A stretch of DNA of 64,000 nucleotides from a virus: UHGV virus genome UHGV-0170242, one strand, 5' to 3'. The position numbers and the translations under genes are program-made. The notes below the pieces were generated by a model that saw nothing but the letters and a program-made list of their open reading frames with translations, did no database searches and was not told the DNA's origin. Below are positions 38,282 to 48,332 of this stretch, one piece after another (within the stretch, counting starts at the first letter, position 1; each line of letters opens with the position of its first letter).

Positions 38282-40200
38282 TGAAAAAGCTCTACGAAGA
38301 AGCATCTGTTCAAGACATTGCCGCTGCCATCCGTGAAAAGACCGGTGGCACGGAGACATACAAGATAGCGCAAATGGGGACTGCCATACGAGGCATCCAT
38401 GGTGCAGAGACAATCCAGTGGCATCAGTGCCCCGAGGCTGTTAGGAACTATCTGACAAACGTTACCTATGATTCCAGCGATTACAGTACATCTCAGATTG
38501 CAAGCTACGCTCCGGCTAATGCAGTAGTTTCCAACTACAAACCGATTGGACGAGACGCCGGTGGAGAGACACACTTCAACGAAGTGCCGAACATCGAAAC
38601 ACCGTTTGCTGGCGGCGGTAAAGCTGGGACGCTTAAACCTCTGGATTTTTTACGCTGGATTCGGACGCGAAATAACTCCGCAGAGGCGTGGAACGTTCGT
38701 GACCTTGGTGGATGGGCTTGTGACGGCGGCACGGTGAAATATGGTCTGCTAATCAGAGGCGGAAAATTATCTGCGGCAGACCGCGCGGTGCTTGTCGGCG
38801 AAATGGGCATCCAACACGACCTTGACTTGCGAGGGCGTGAGGGTGGCGGTTCGGGAGACGAGCCTGAAATGACAGAATCTCCGCTTGGAAACGACGTATG
38901 GTACACACGCACACAGCAATATGCGTGGTATGCTCTGACACCAGTAGCGACATGGCAGGCTTACTTCCGCTGCGTAATTGACGCAGTGACACATCGGGAG
39001 CCGGTGTATTTTCACTGTACAGCAGGGGGCAGACCGTACCGGCACACTTGCCTGTGTGCTGGAAGGCATACTGGGCATGAGCCAATCGGACATCGACAAG
39101 GACTATGAGCTGACGACATTTTATTCCGGCTCTGGCTCAGACGCTAATGCACGACGGCGCAATGAGCCGGACTGGAAAGGTCTCATTAATGCCATTAATG
39201 CTGTGTCGGGGAAACATTCCGCGACAAATGCGTTCACTTCGCGGTAGGAACGTGTGGCATGACGATGGCTGATATCAATGCTTTCCGCGCGGCTATGATT
39301 GACGGTACGCCCGAAACCTTACACTGGTATCAAACAATCACCAAAAATCTCACAGGCTGCACAATAAGCAATAACGCATCGCAAGTAGATTATGGCGAGG
39401 CGTACACCGCGACCATCGCGGCGGAAAGCGGGAAGACTATCACGTCGGTAGTTGTCAAAATGGGAGGCGTGGACATTACAGCCACGGCTTATACAGCTGG
39501 TAGCGGTGCAATCAACATTGCCAAGGTGACGGGAGCGGTCACGATTACGGCAGTCGCAATTATGCCGTCTGTGACTTACACCATCACGCTGAATCTTACC
39601 AACTGCGCATCGTCAAACACGGCAACCAGCATCGCGGAAAATGCGTCCTACACCACGACTCTCTCACCGACGGGAACTTTCAAGAAGCTCGGTGAAATTA
39701 CTGTCACGATGGGCGGCGTGGATATCTCCGCTTCGGCGGTGTCTGGCAGCACAATCACAATTGCCAAGGTAACGGGCGACATCGTGATTACCTGCGCGGC
39801 GGTCATCACGAACATCATCGACACCATCGGCATCTCTGCAAACACGCGCTTGAGCACTTCAAGCGGCGAGAACCGGACGCAGAGCGGATATGCGGCAATC
39901 GGGGCAAACAAAGACGCGGCAAGCCTAATTCATCTCATGAATGGCGATACGCTCCGAATCAAAGGCGTAAGTTTGCCCGCGTCGAATGACAGTTACAGTG
40001 CAGTTGCATTGTACAACGCAGACGGAACGTTCAGCAGCTCGACCTATCTTCACAACGGGCTAACTTGGAATTACATCGAATTTAATAATACTGTTGATGG
40101 CGTTACAATAACCAGTAGAGACGAATTTTATTTCCGCGTATCTTTGATTTGCACAGACGCATCGGCGGTCATCGCTACCATCAACGAGGAAATCGCATGA
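38281..40200 (+). pseudogene. Protein-tyrosine-phosphatase-family domain + Ig-like repeats, broken by two compensating homopolymer frameshifts
   Basis: NVRDLGGW, DLDLRG; HCTAG-ADRTG P-loop restored by removing one G at 39025-39029; adding one G at 39208-39211 rejoins ORF 39259-40200. Confidence 0.75.
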
Positions 40201-40254
40201 CGGAGCAAGACAACCCAAAGTTGGATTCAAGTACATAAAAAGGAGTTTAAACAA

Positions 40255-40575
40255 ATGAAACGAACAATAATGATTTCACAACCGATGAAAGACCTCTCTA
40301 GTGAGAAAATCGTCGAGGCTAGAGAAAAGGCTATTCGCACATTAGAAACGTTTGGTTATGATGTGATTGATAATTTTTTCACTAACTACACTGACGATGG
40401 TTACATTGCAGAGGATACTAAACATAAACCTGTAGCATACTTAGCTAAATCAATAGAAGTAATGTCTAAGTGTGACGCTGTATATTTTGTAAAAGGATGG
40501 GAAACAGCTAGGGGCTGCAAAATCGAACACGAAATTGCGAAGGCTTATGGTTTAGCAATTATTTATGAGGATTGA
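40255..40575 (+). CDS. DUF4406/nucleoside deoxyribosyltransferase-like protein
   Basis: IMISQPM, CDAVYFVKGWETARGCKIEHEIA. Confidence 0.75.
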   Translation: MKRTIMISQPMKDLSSEKIVEAREKAIRTLETFGYDVIDNFFTNYTDDGYIAEDTKHKPVAYLAKSIEVMSKCDAVYFVKGWETARGCKIEHEIAKAYGLAIIYED

Positions 40576-40580
40576 TATTT

Positions 40581-41450
40581 ATGACAAAATTATCAGGTAT
40601 TGACGTATCGCATTATCAAGGCGACATTAATTGGAAGGCTGTAAAAGAATATGGAATAGATTTCGCCTTCATTAAGTGTTTACAAGGTAAGAGCAAAGTC
40701 GATGAGTGTTTTCATACTAACATGCAAAACGCGATAGCAAATGATATTCCTGTTGGTGTGTATGTCTATAGTAAAGCAAAAACAATAGACGACGCTGTAG
40801 CTGAGGCAAAAAGGGTAATTAAAGAATGTTCACAGTATAAGTTGACTTACCCTGTTGTGTTTGACTTTGAGTCTAAACACTTCGAAGATATGAGCCTCGC
40901 AATGCGTGGAAAAATCATTGATGCTTTTTGTCAAACCATTTTATCTGATGGTAACTACATACCAATGCTGTACAGCTCTCGATATTGGCTTATGCATATG
41001 ATTCCAGCCGAAGTAGTTAAAAAATATGACATTTGGTTGGCAGAATATACTACAGGTGAACCAAAGTATACCGGTGAGTATAAAGTATGGCAATACGGCC
41101 TTGGAAAAGTCACCGGTATTATCGGAGATGTAGATATGAACATTGGGTACTACGATTACGGGAAGGAGAAACCAATCATTATGGAACCTATTGTATTTAA
41201 AAGGGAAGAGACGCTTACGTTTGACGAGAACGTTAAGAAACTCCAAAGGTTCTTGAACGACATGCATTATCGTGACATGAACGGAAAGAAATTGATAGAA
41301 GATGGCAAGTACGGCAGCAAAACTGAATATGCGCTTAATATGTTTGTGAATAACCATGCTAACTTCGCCAATATCGTTCCGTCAAAAGTTGATACTAAAC
41401 TATCAATCAATGGAGTTAATCTAATTGGAGTCTTATATACGACAAAGTAA
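40581..41450 (+). CDS. GH25 endolysin with C-terminal peptidoglycan-binding domain
   Basis: GIDVSHYQG, FAFIK, GVYVY, DFE, WLAEY, WQY, DVDMN; VKKLQRFLN...DGKYGSKT. Confidence 0.9.
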   Translation: MTKLSGIDVSHYQGDINWKAVKEYGIDFAFIKCLQGKSKVDECFHTNMQNAIANDIPVGVYVYSKAKTIDDAVAEAKRVIKECSQYKLTYPVVFDFESKHFEDMSLAMRGKIIDAFCQTILSDGNYIPMLYSSRYWLMHMIPAEVVKKYDIWLAEYTTGEPKYTGEYKVWQYGLGKVTGIIGDVDMNIGYYDYGKEKPIIMEPIVFKREETLTFDENVKKLQRFLNDMHYRDMNGKKLIEDGKYGSKTEYALNMFVNNHANFANIVPSKVDTKLSINGVNLIGVLYTTK

Positions 41451-41599
41451 CATAGCTGACCGGCGCTTTTTAGTTCCGTAGCTGACATGCAGAAACTGAC
41501 TGATAATGAACAGGTCCAGTTAGTCGTTATTCAATATTGAACCTTGTATAAGGATAGAATGAATGACACCAATTTGAACCATGATGTGAGGTAGATGAT

Positions 41600-42004
41600 A
41601 TGAAGAGAGTAGTTGCATCGTCCCGAATTTCGCCCAATCTGTTGACGTTTTTGTCTAGCAACTTGGAGGTAAACGGACCGTTGTATAGGGGCGCTCGAAT
41701 GCCCAAATTTAACCCAGCTCAGATAAATGAGTCTGAATTTAGTGATAACTTGCGAATGAAACGCTTCAAGTGCAACATCCTGGGCAACAGTTTAGAAATA
41801 GATTGGACGACACAAGAGCCGTTTACTTCAAGCGACGCAAAAGAATTAGTAGCCGAAATAGAGCGGGCTGTGGAGTACTTATATCAAAGGTGGCTCGATG
41901 TGTCTATGTCTATCAGCAGCATGCCTAAGGTCATTGTCAACGTTCAAGATAGATATGATAGTTCCAGCTATCGCGAATGTTTTGGCAACTGTAATGCCAT
42001 ATAA
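41600..42004 (+). CDS. Hypothetical protein (MKRVVASS start)
   Basis: GAGGT RBS; AACCTTGTAT at 41540. Confidence 0.65.
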   Translation: MKRVVASSRISPNLLTFLSSNLEVNGPLYRGARMPKFNPAQINESEFSDNLRMKRFKCNILGNSLEIDWTTQEPFTSSDAKELVAEIERAVEYLYQRWLDVSMSISSMPKVIVNVQDRYDSSSYRECFGNCNAI

Positions 42005-42081
42005 CACACCACAAGGTTAATACAACTACAGTTGGTTACTCGTTATACATAATTAACACTATTAGAAGGAGAATACAACTA

Positions 42082-42636
42082 ATGAAAATTTACATTAGTT
42101 CAGCAGAAACCGGATTAACTAGCAAACAGCGCATATCGATTGCGAAAAAGTCGACTGACCCGAATGAGTTAAGCCAACTCGCTCATGATAATTCATCGCT
42201 GGTCCGGATGGAAGTACTTCGAAATAAATATACCCCAAAGAACATAGTTGACCAGCTTGCACGTGATCTGGTCAATGATAAGAATCCGAAAGTCCGCTGG
42301 AACGTCGCTTATATTACATACGACCCTGATCTCCTTGCACAGTTAGCTGATGACCCAGATTGGACTATCCGATGGGCAGTTGCTTTTAAAGCAGATGACC
42401 CTGACATAGTTGCAAAATTAGCAAATGACGAGGATTGGCAAGTTCGTCGCGCAGTTGCTAGGAAAACCAAGGACCAGGACATTCTTGCACAATTAGCAGA
42501 TGATGAGGATGCATTGGTCCGCTTAGTGGTTGCTCGAAGAATAGATGATCCTGATATAATTGCAGAATTGGCTAATGACGAAAATGAACAGGTCCGCAAC
42601 ATGGCGGCACGGCGAGCAACCACTATCAACCGATGA
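42082..42636 (+). CDS. HEAT/LRV-like repeat protein
   Basis: ~23-aa repeats LAQLADDxDWxVRxAVA. Confidence 0.8.
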   Translation: MKIYISSAETGLTSKQRISIAKKSTDPNELSQLAHDNSSLVRMEVLRNKYTPKNIVDQLARDLVNDKNPKVRWNVAYITYDPDLLAQLADDPDWTIRWAVAFKADDPDIVAKLANDEDWQVRRAVARKTKDQDILAQLADDEDALVRLVVARRIDDPDIIAELANDENEQVRNMAARRATTINR

Positions 42637-42684
42637 ACAGCTATAGCAGTTTGATCAATGAAGCAGCCTTAATCGAACTGCGTG

Positions 42685-43281
42685 TTAATCAAACACGTAT
42701 ACATGCTGTCCACAATCATACACAGGTAACCACCCATTCGAGAGCATGAATTCTGTAGATAGCATACGTTGACGCCTAGAAGCATCTGACATCCGATGAT
42801 CTGGAGTGATCCACCATCGGGTAGGTTGGATGCTTCTTTTATATTTCATTCCAATTGATTCATAATCAAGACAGTTCTCAAACGACAGGTTGACGTAAGC
42901 TACAACATTAGAGACGCCGAAGTCAACAGCTGCGGATGAAAGAATATCATATCCGTCAACTACATCGTATTTCGGCAACATCCACATTCGAGACAGCTCA
43001 ACATAATATGCAACATTGCGCGATTTCTTAAATGTCATCATACAGTATATCTGGGAATTATCAGCAAGTCCTAAACATAGCACATTTCCTCGAGGCGCGC
43101 CGAACGGGTGATACAATTCGAGCCACTTATCGGCAACACGCTTATCAACACGAATCACCGATAAAGAATGACCATCAATTTTATTCACTCGAGGCTCTTG
43201 ATAAAATATCAGAGCCGTTCTTTTAGATTCAAATGTCTTTCGACGCTTAGCTTGTACTTCAGACCGAAAGGCAGGATTCAT
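42685..43281 (-). CDS. Stand-alone Mom-like GNAT-domain protein (paralogue of the Hef-like C-termini)
   Basis: YCMMTF, VELSRMW, VVAYVN, GWLPVYDCGQ; GAGGTG RBS. Confidence 0.65.
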   Translation of the reverse strand: MNPAFRSEVQAKRRKTFESKRTALIFYQEPRVNKIDGHSLSVIRVDKRVADKWLELYHPFGAPRGNVLCLGLADNSQIYCMMTFKKSRNVAYYVELSRMWMLPKYDVVDGYDILSSAAVDFGVSNVVAYVNLSFENCLDYESIGMKYKRSIQPTRWWITPDHRMSDASRRQRMLSTEFMLSNGWLPVYDCGQHVYVFD

Positions 43282-43357
43282 TGTATCACCTCGTAGATAA
43301 ATATGTTATACATGTATATAAGATTGAATCGCATCAATTTCGTAAATAAATATATCC

Positions 43358-43392
43358 GCGAGTAGCTAATACATATGAGCTACTCGCCTTTT
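43358..43392. terminator. Hairpin, possible intrinsic terminator
   Basis: GCGAGTAGCT-AATACATATG-AGCTACTCGC followed by CTTTT. Confidence 0.5.
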
Positions 43393-43411
43393 ATACTGTA
43401 TGAACATCATT

Positions 43412-44791
43412 TCAATCAAAGACAAATACGCGTTGCCCGCAGTCGTAGACAGGGAGCCATCCCGCATCTAACATGTGTTGTTCATCGGCATTGTCGGAGT
43501 AGTTAGTTCCAAACAATTGATCATAACCGTGAACTCGAAGGAGGTTTGCAGTTATTTTCTTTTTGTCTTTAGACCAAACTAACTGTGGAGGAGTTACACG
43601 AGCTAGTTTCATCCCCAGCTGTTCATGTTCCCACCCTGTGTATTTAGACCGATCACAATATGCGATAATTCGAGAAAGCCCATAGTCCGCAGATGCGAAG
43701 TGAGAAAGTCGATCAAATCCACCAGTAATTTCAAATCCACGCTTAGTACACATTCGCATCATCTGCACGTTGTAACTGTGATCATACTTTGGTTTTCCAA
43801 AAGTCATCACTTGATAAACTTGCTCGTCTTTAACAAGGCCGAAGCTAACAAGCTGACCACGACATGTCCGGTGAATATCATTCTCATCTAAGAACTGATT
43901 TGTAACTTCGGGAGTAAGTCGATAAATCGACATATCTTCACTACTCAAAACAATTTTCGGTGCAATCAAGTCAATTACCTTATCCCAATCATCCCAATCC
44001 CAAACATGAATACAGCGATAGCCATTGTCTTCGGCAAGCTGCGTCTTGTCACGGTGGTAGTTAGGATACAAAGCGGTCATCCCTGAGTGATGAATAGATG
44101 CATGTGTGTATGACGGATTGATTTCTACTACAGTTTGAATCGTTGGTAGACATATATCAAAGTATTTGCCTCGAATGAATAATTCAAATTCCGTGGTGAG
44201 CCCACGAGCATTCAATAGTTCTGCAAATCGTTGATTGATTTTAGATACGTGCCCTTCCCAGTTGTGTACGTGTGGAAGTTCAGTAGCATATTTGACTCCA
44301 TATCTTTCCATTATTGTTCGATGCTGCTTTTCATAACACTCAGGACGATTGAATGGTAATATATCTCCATAGCGTTCCGCATTTGTTTTCATGCGTTTGG
44401 CAACTAGTTCAGCTGATTTAGCTGCATTATCTACTCCATATTTATCAACTAATGTCCGTTTAGATTTAATTTGCACGTCCGCGCTCATCATTGCGTAAGG
44501 TACTCCTAAGTTATTCATCATAGTTTCACTTGCTTTTTTACGAGCTTCGGGATTGTTGCCCGGAGCTTTGCATCCATATTTAGCTAAACTTGTTGCTTGA
44601 GTTCGTTTGACTCGGCATTCGTATGAACACGCAACAGGACCTGTTTTCAACAACGACGTAAGTTTAGCTTTTGGCACCTCGGATACTTTACCGCATATCG
44701 GGCAAGTAGTTGTATGCACTCTATCACAGTACAGCTGTCGACTAGTATGCGGTTCGAACGGAAGCCCGCAATATTTACATGATCTGGTCAT
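43412..44791 (-). CDS. Hef-like endonuclease (Zn ribbons, KYG repeats, Vsr-like nuclease, Mom-like GNAT)
   Basis: CKYCG/CPICG, KYG repeats, FDICLP...VEINPSYTH, YRCIHVWDWD, IIAYCD, GWLPVYDCGQ; AGGAGG RBS. Confidence 0.75.
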   Translation of the reverse strand: MTRSCKYCGLPFEPHTSRQLYCDRVHTTTCPICGKVSEVPKAKLTSLLKTGPVACSYECRVKRTQATSLAKYGCKAPGNNPEARKKASETMMNNLGVPYAMMSADVQIKSKRTLVDKYGVDNAAKSAELVAKRMKTNAERYGDILPFNRPECYEKQHRTIMERYGVKYATELPHVHNWEGHVSKINQRFAELLNARGLTTEFELFIRGKYFDICLPTIQTVVEINPSYTHASIHHSGMTALYPNYHRDKTQLAEDNGYRCIHVWDWDDWDKVIDLIAPKIVLSSEDMSIYRLTPEVTNQFLDENDIHRTCRGQLVSFGLVKDEQVYQVMTFGKPKYDHSYNVQMMRMCTKRGFEITGGFDRLSHFASADYGLSRIIAYCDRSKYTGWEHEQLGMKLARVTPPQLVWSKDKKKITANLLRVHGYDQLFGTNYSDNADEQHMLDAGWLPVYDCGQRVFVFD

Positions 44792-44822
44792 ATTATCCTC
44801 CTATATGATTAGTTCCATTTTA

Positions 44823-44851
44823 ATTATATGATATTATTGACGAAAAGTCAA
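44823..44851 (-). promoter_or_regulatory. sigmaA-type promoter for the minus-strand nuclease gene
   Basis: Reverse strand TTGACT-17 nt-TATAAT; -35 lies in palindrome TATTGAC-GAAAA-GTCAATA. Confidence 0.7.
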
Positions 44852-44906
44852 TAGAAAAATCTTAAATATTTATGGTGAACCAAAATAATTTATAGGAGGA
44901 TAAAAT

Positions 44907-45851
44907 ATGTTCACACCACTTTATATGGGAACGAATTGATAGGTTCTTTCGTACAGTGATGTGCGTCAATATCTGCTAGAATTGCTGAAACACCTCAAAG
45001 CTTGCACTGCTACAAAGTGATCTTGAAATACAGATGGGCTTGAATGCTACGAAAGTAAAAAGAAACGTGCAAGATAGCTGCAAGGTCAAATCCTAAACAG
45101 CTCGCCCAGTAAACAGGCAATCAGCAGCCGAGCCTCGAACAGAGGAAGGTTCAACGACCATCCCGCAGGACGTGAAATTCGTCAATAGGAGTAGGGCGCA
45201 AGTTAATGGCGCGGGTGAGATCCCCTTAATCCGAAGTAAGCAGCATCTGATTCACAGATGAAGATATGGTCTGCTCTTACACGAAAGTGTAAGCTGATGT
45301 ACAGGATGAGTGTTACGAGCTCATTGAACAGCCGGCATATGCTGGGCATAGACAACTATGTACCTTTGACCACAAACAACTTCGAAGTTAGGATATACAA
45401 CATGGACGGAAGCTCTCCAACAGAGTTCTCCGATCTGCTAACGCTCTCAACTGACGAAGTTGGTGAAGTAGCCGAAGAACAGGACGCAATCACTGTGCAC
45501 TATGGTAACGGTTTGATCAAGTTCCCTTCAAAAGTTACCTTTAGTGAAGTTGACTGGACGCTTAATTGCTATTGTGAGCCTAATGTACTTCAAGCTCTTC
45601 GTGAATGGCGACGCCAGGTGTATGACCCCGATACAGAGAAAATGGGTTTACCGAGTCAATACATGAGACAGGTGTATTTCATTAAATATGATGGCCAGGG
45701 CAATGTTCGAGATGTCATAAGATGTCCTGGTACCTGGATTGGAGCACTCAAGAACGGGGCTATGAATCAGACAGGCGGCGAGTTGGTCAAGGTATCGGTT
45801 CCCTTTGTGATTTCAAGGGCAATTTATATGAAGCCCGAAGATCTCAGGTAA
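44907..45851 (+). CDS. Tail tube protein (T4 gp19-like); exons 44907-44936 and 45336-45851 (181 aa spliced)
   Basis: AGGAGG RBS, MFTPLYMGTN|HMLGIDNY...NNFEVRI, LREWRRQVYDP..MGLPSQY, KYDGQG. Confidence 0.85.
44937..45335 (+). mobile_element. Group I intron in the tail tube gene (ORF-less, 399 nt)
   Basis: Exon ends in U followed by in-frame TGA; P GAATTGCTGAAA, Q AATCAGCAG, R TTCAACGACCA, S AAGATATGGTCT (GACCA/TGGTC P7); terminal G at 45335 restores frame. Confidence 0.88.
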
Positions 45852-45918
45852 ACTAAAGCACCTATCCAGTCAACCTTACATATAATCAAATCGTTATTGA
45901 GTGTGTAAGGAGACGGAT

Positions 45919-47736
45919 ATGGGGAAATACATCTGCAAAATCTGCGGAAAGGAATTCGACAGGGTCGGGAATGCGGTTTACTGTCAAGGACCGCATTTTC
46001 GGCCTTGTCCTGTGTGTGGCAAGCCTGTTGAATTTCATCGATTGAGCGAATCGGTTAAATGTTGTTCAAAAGAGTGTCGTGATTACTTAGCCAACCAATC
46101 AAAACAACATATTGAAGTATGTAAGGAATGTGGTAAGGAGTTTGTTGCTAATCAAGCATCTAACGTCTACTGTCCTGGTCCGCATATAGCTAAATGCGTA
46201 GTGTGCGGAAAGGACTTCACATATACTTGTTCACCTAAGGAGAAGCCGCATACGTGTTCAAGAGCTTGTCAGGAAGTGCTTAGGTCTCAAACTGCAATGA
46301 GTCGATACGGTGTAGCTAACGTATCTCAACTTGAGTCAGTTAAGCAAAAAATCAGCCATGCTACCAGATCAGAGCCTGTTAGGCAGAAGCGTGTTGCGAC
46401 CTCGTTGAGGCGATGGGGTGTAACTAACCCTGCTAAGAATGCAGATATTCGGAGACGGATGTCCGAGGTTATGAAATCTGACGGCTACTTGCGTAAGCGG
46501 GCACAAACATGTATTGCAAAGTACGGATTTGAATCACCTATGTCAAATCCTGACGTAATCGCAAAGCGGCGGGCTACTAACATAGAGCGTTATGGGACCT
46601 TTGGTCATATTCAAACACGCGATCAGCTTATGAAAGTTATGGTAGACGGATCTAAAGTTGACGAATTTATCGCGTTTAAGAATGATCCACAGGGATATAT
46701 TGCAGCACACTACACTGTGAAGCCTAATATCTCTCAGCTGGAATCTGATTTAGGGGTTACAGATACTCCAATTTATAATGTACTCATTGAACATGATTGT
46801 AGCGATTGCATTGCTCGCTACTCAAGTTCGATGGAAGCTGAAGTAATACAATATCTGCAGCGAGTTGTACCGGGCGTTGAAATCATACGAAATGATCGAA
46901 CCCTCATCAAACCGCAGGAGATTGATATCTATTTACCTCAGTATAAAATAGGAATTGAATGCAACCCAACAGCTACGCACAATTCGTCATTATCTGATCC
47001 TTGGGGGAGTAACCCCAAATCATACAGATATCATAAGGATAAGACTGATGCTGCCTCGACTGCAGGTATATTCTTGTTTCATATATTTGGATACGAGTGG
47101 ATTCATCGACGTCGCGTAATTGAGTCCATGCTGTCAAACTTGTTGGGAGCTACACCGTTGCGAATTGGCGCAAGACAAACAGCAGTAGTTGAGCTATCTG
47201 ACGCTGAGTGTAGACGTTTTCTAGATCAAAATCATCGTCAAGGTGCGTTATCAGCTGCAGTTAGATTAGGACTTAAATTCAATGATGACATAGTTGCTGT
47301 CATGACATTTGGTCGGCTGCGCAATTCTATAGGGGCAACCAAACAGTTCGTAGATTGCTGGGAATTGTCTAGATTCTGCAACAAATTGAACACAGTTGTA
47401 ATCGGCGGTGCAAGTAAGCTACTCAATTACTTCATTGCTACGCACGATCCAGAATCTGTTGTGTCTTTTTCAGATAGGGCTCATACACGTGGTGAACTTT
47501 ATCAGGTGTTAGGATTCACTAAAGTTTCTAGTACAGACCCTAATTATGTGTGGGTAGAAAAGAATGATTTAGCGTATTACAATCGTGTCAGATGTCAGAA
47601 ACAGTTTTTGAAACAGCTTCTCCACGATAACACAATTGACTTAACGCATACAGAACGAGAGATAATGGAGTCTCATGGGTTTGTTCGAGTTTATGATTCA
47701 GGTGTCATTAGGTGGGAGCTTCGCCTGAAGACATGA
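45919..47736 (+). CDS. Hef-like endonuclease (Zn ribbons, RYG repeats, Vsr-like nuclease, Mom-like GNAT)
   Basis: Clear paralogue of 33711-35981: EIDIYLPQYKIGIECNPTATHNSS, WELSRFC, GGASKLL, YDSG. Confidence 0.78.
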   Translation: MGKYICKICGKEFDRVGNAVYCQGPHFRPCPVCGKPVEFHRLSESVKCCSKECRDYLANQSKQHIEVCKECGKEFVANQASNVYCPGPHIAKCVVCGKDFTYTCSPKEKPHTCSRACQEVLRSQTAMSRYGVANVSQLESVKQKISHATRSEPVRQKRVATSLRRWGVTNPAKNADIRRRMSEVMKSDGYLRKRAQTCIAKYGFESPMSNPDVIAKRRATNIERYGTFGHIQTRDQLMKVMVDGSKVDEFIAFKNDPQGYIAAHYTVKPNISQLESDLGVTDTPIYNVLIEHDCSDCIARYSSSMEAEVIQYLQRVVPGVEIIRNDRTLIKPQEIDIYLPQYKIGIECNPTATHNSSLSDPWGSNPKSYRYHKDKTDAASTAGIFLFHIFGYEWIHRRRVIESMLSNLLGATPLRIGARQTAVVELSDAECRRFLDQNHRQGALSAAVRLGLKFNDDIVAVMTFGRLRNSIGATKQFVDCWELSRFCNKLNTVVIGGASKLLNYFIATHDPESVVSFSDRAHTRGELYQVLGFTKVSSTDPNYVWVEKNDLAYYNRVRCQKQFLKQLLHDNTIDLTHTEREIMESHGFVRVYDSGVIRWELRLKT

Positions 47737-47954
47737 AGCAACACTGCTTCGGCTGTTCCTATGGTTGTTAGGTCAAGGTAAATCACGCAATGTAACTAAC
47801 CTTTAATATGTTAATCATTATTTAAGCTGGTTCATAGTTCTTATGGATGGAAGAACTCCGGAGATAACTGATTGATAGTTACGACGCGAGATTGAGCCCA
47901 ACGATAACGCATCCATAAATCGTTATAAACTGCATCACAACTTGGAGGTACCTA

Positions 47955-48332
47955 ATGAAACGAATCAATGGGCATAAGCGTAACGTAACTGCATCATTCG
48001 CTCCGTACGATCCTGCATTAACAGCATTCATGAGCATGCTTGCAGGCAGATTCATGGCCACAGCTAATCATGAACTGCCCGAGGTAGAGTTCGAGATAAA
48101 TAGCTACAACGTCCGAGATGATAAAGTAAGCCTCTTCGGTGATGCGGTATACGACGGTGTAAATAAGCCGATCACGCTTACTATCAAGCACAGTTTAACT
48201 TCTCGAGAGGATCTTAACCAGCAAGCTTATATGCAGATGTTCCCCCGATTTGTATCTGCATACTATCAGGAACTTGAACGTGTATATGGCATCAATTTTG
48301 CAGATGAATTCCCTCCTGTAGATGCACGATGA
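47955..48332 (+). CDS. Hypothetical protein
   Basis: GGAGG RBS; CGTTATA at 47921. Confidence 0.65.
   Translation: MKRINGHKRNVTASFAPYDPALTAFMSMLAGRFMATANHELPEVEFEINSYNVRDDKVSLFGDAVYDGVNKPITLTIKHSLTSREDLNQQAYMQMFPRFVSAYYQELERVYGINFADEFPPVDAR

Noticed and set aside
47849..47900. Hammerhead ribozyme (CTGATTGA)
   Set aside because: Does not match CUGANGA, and no correctly placed GAAA core was found
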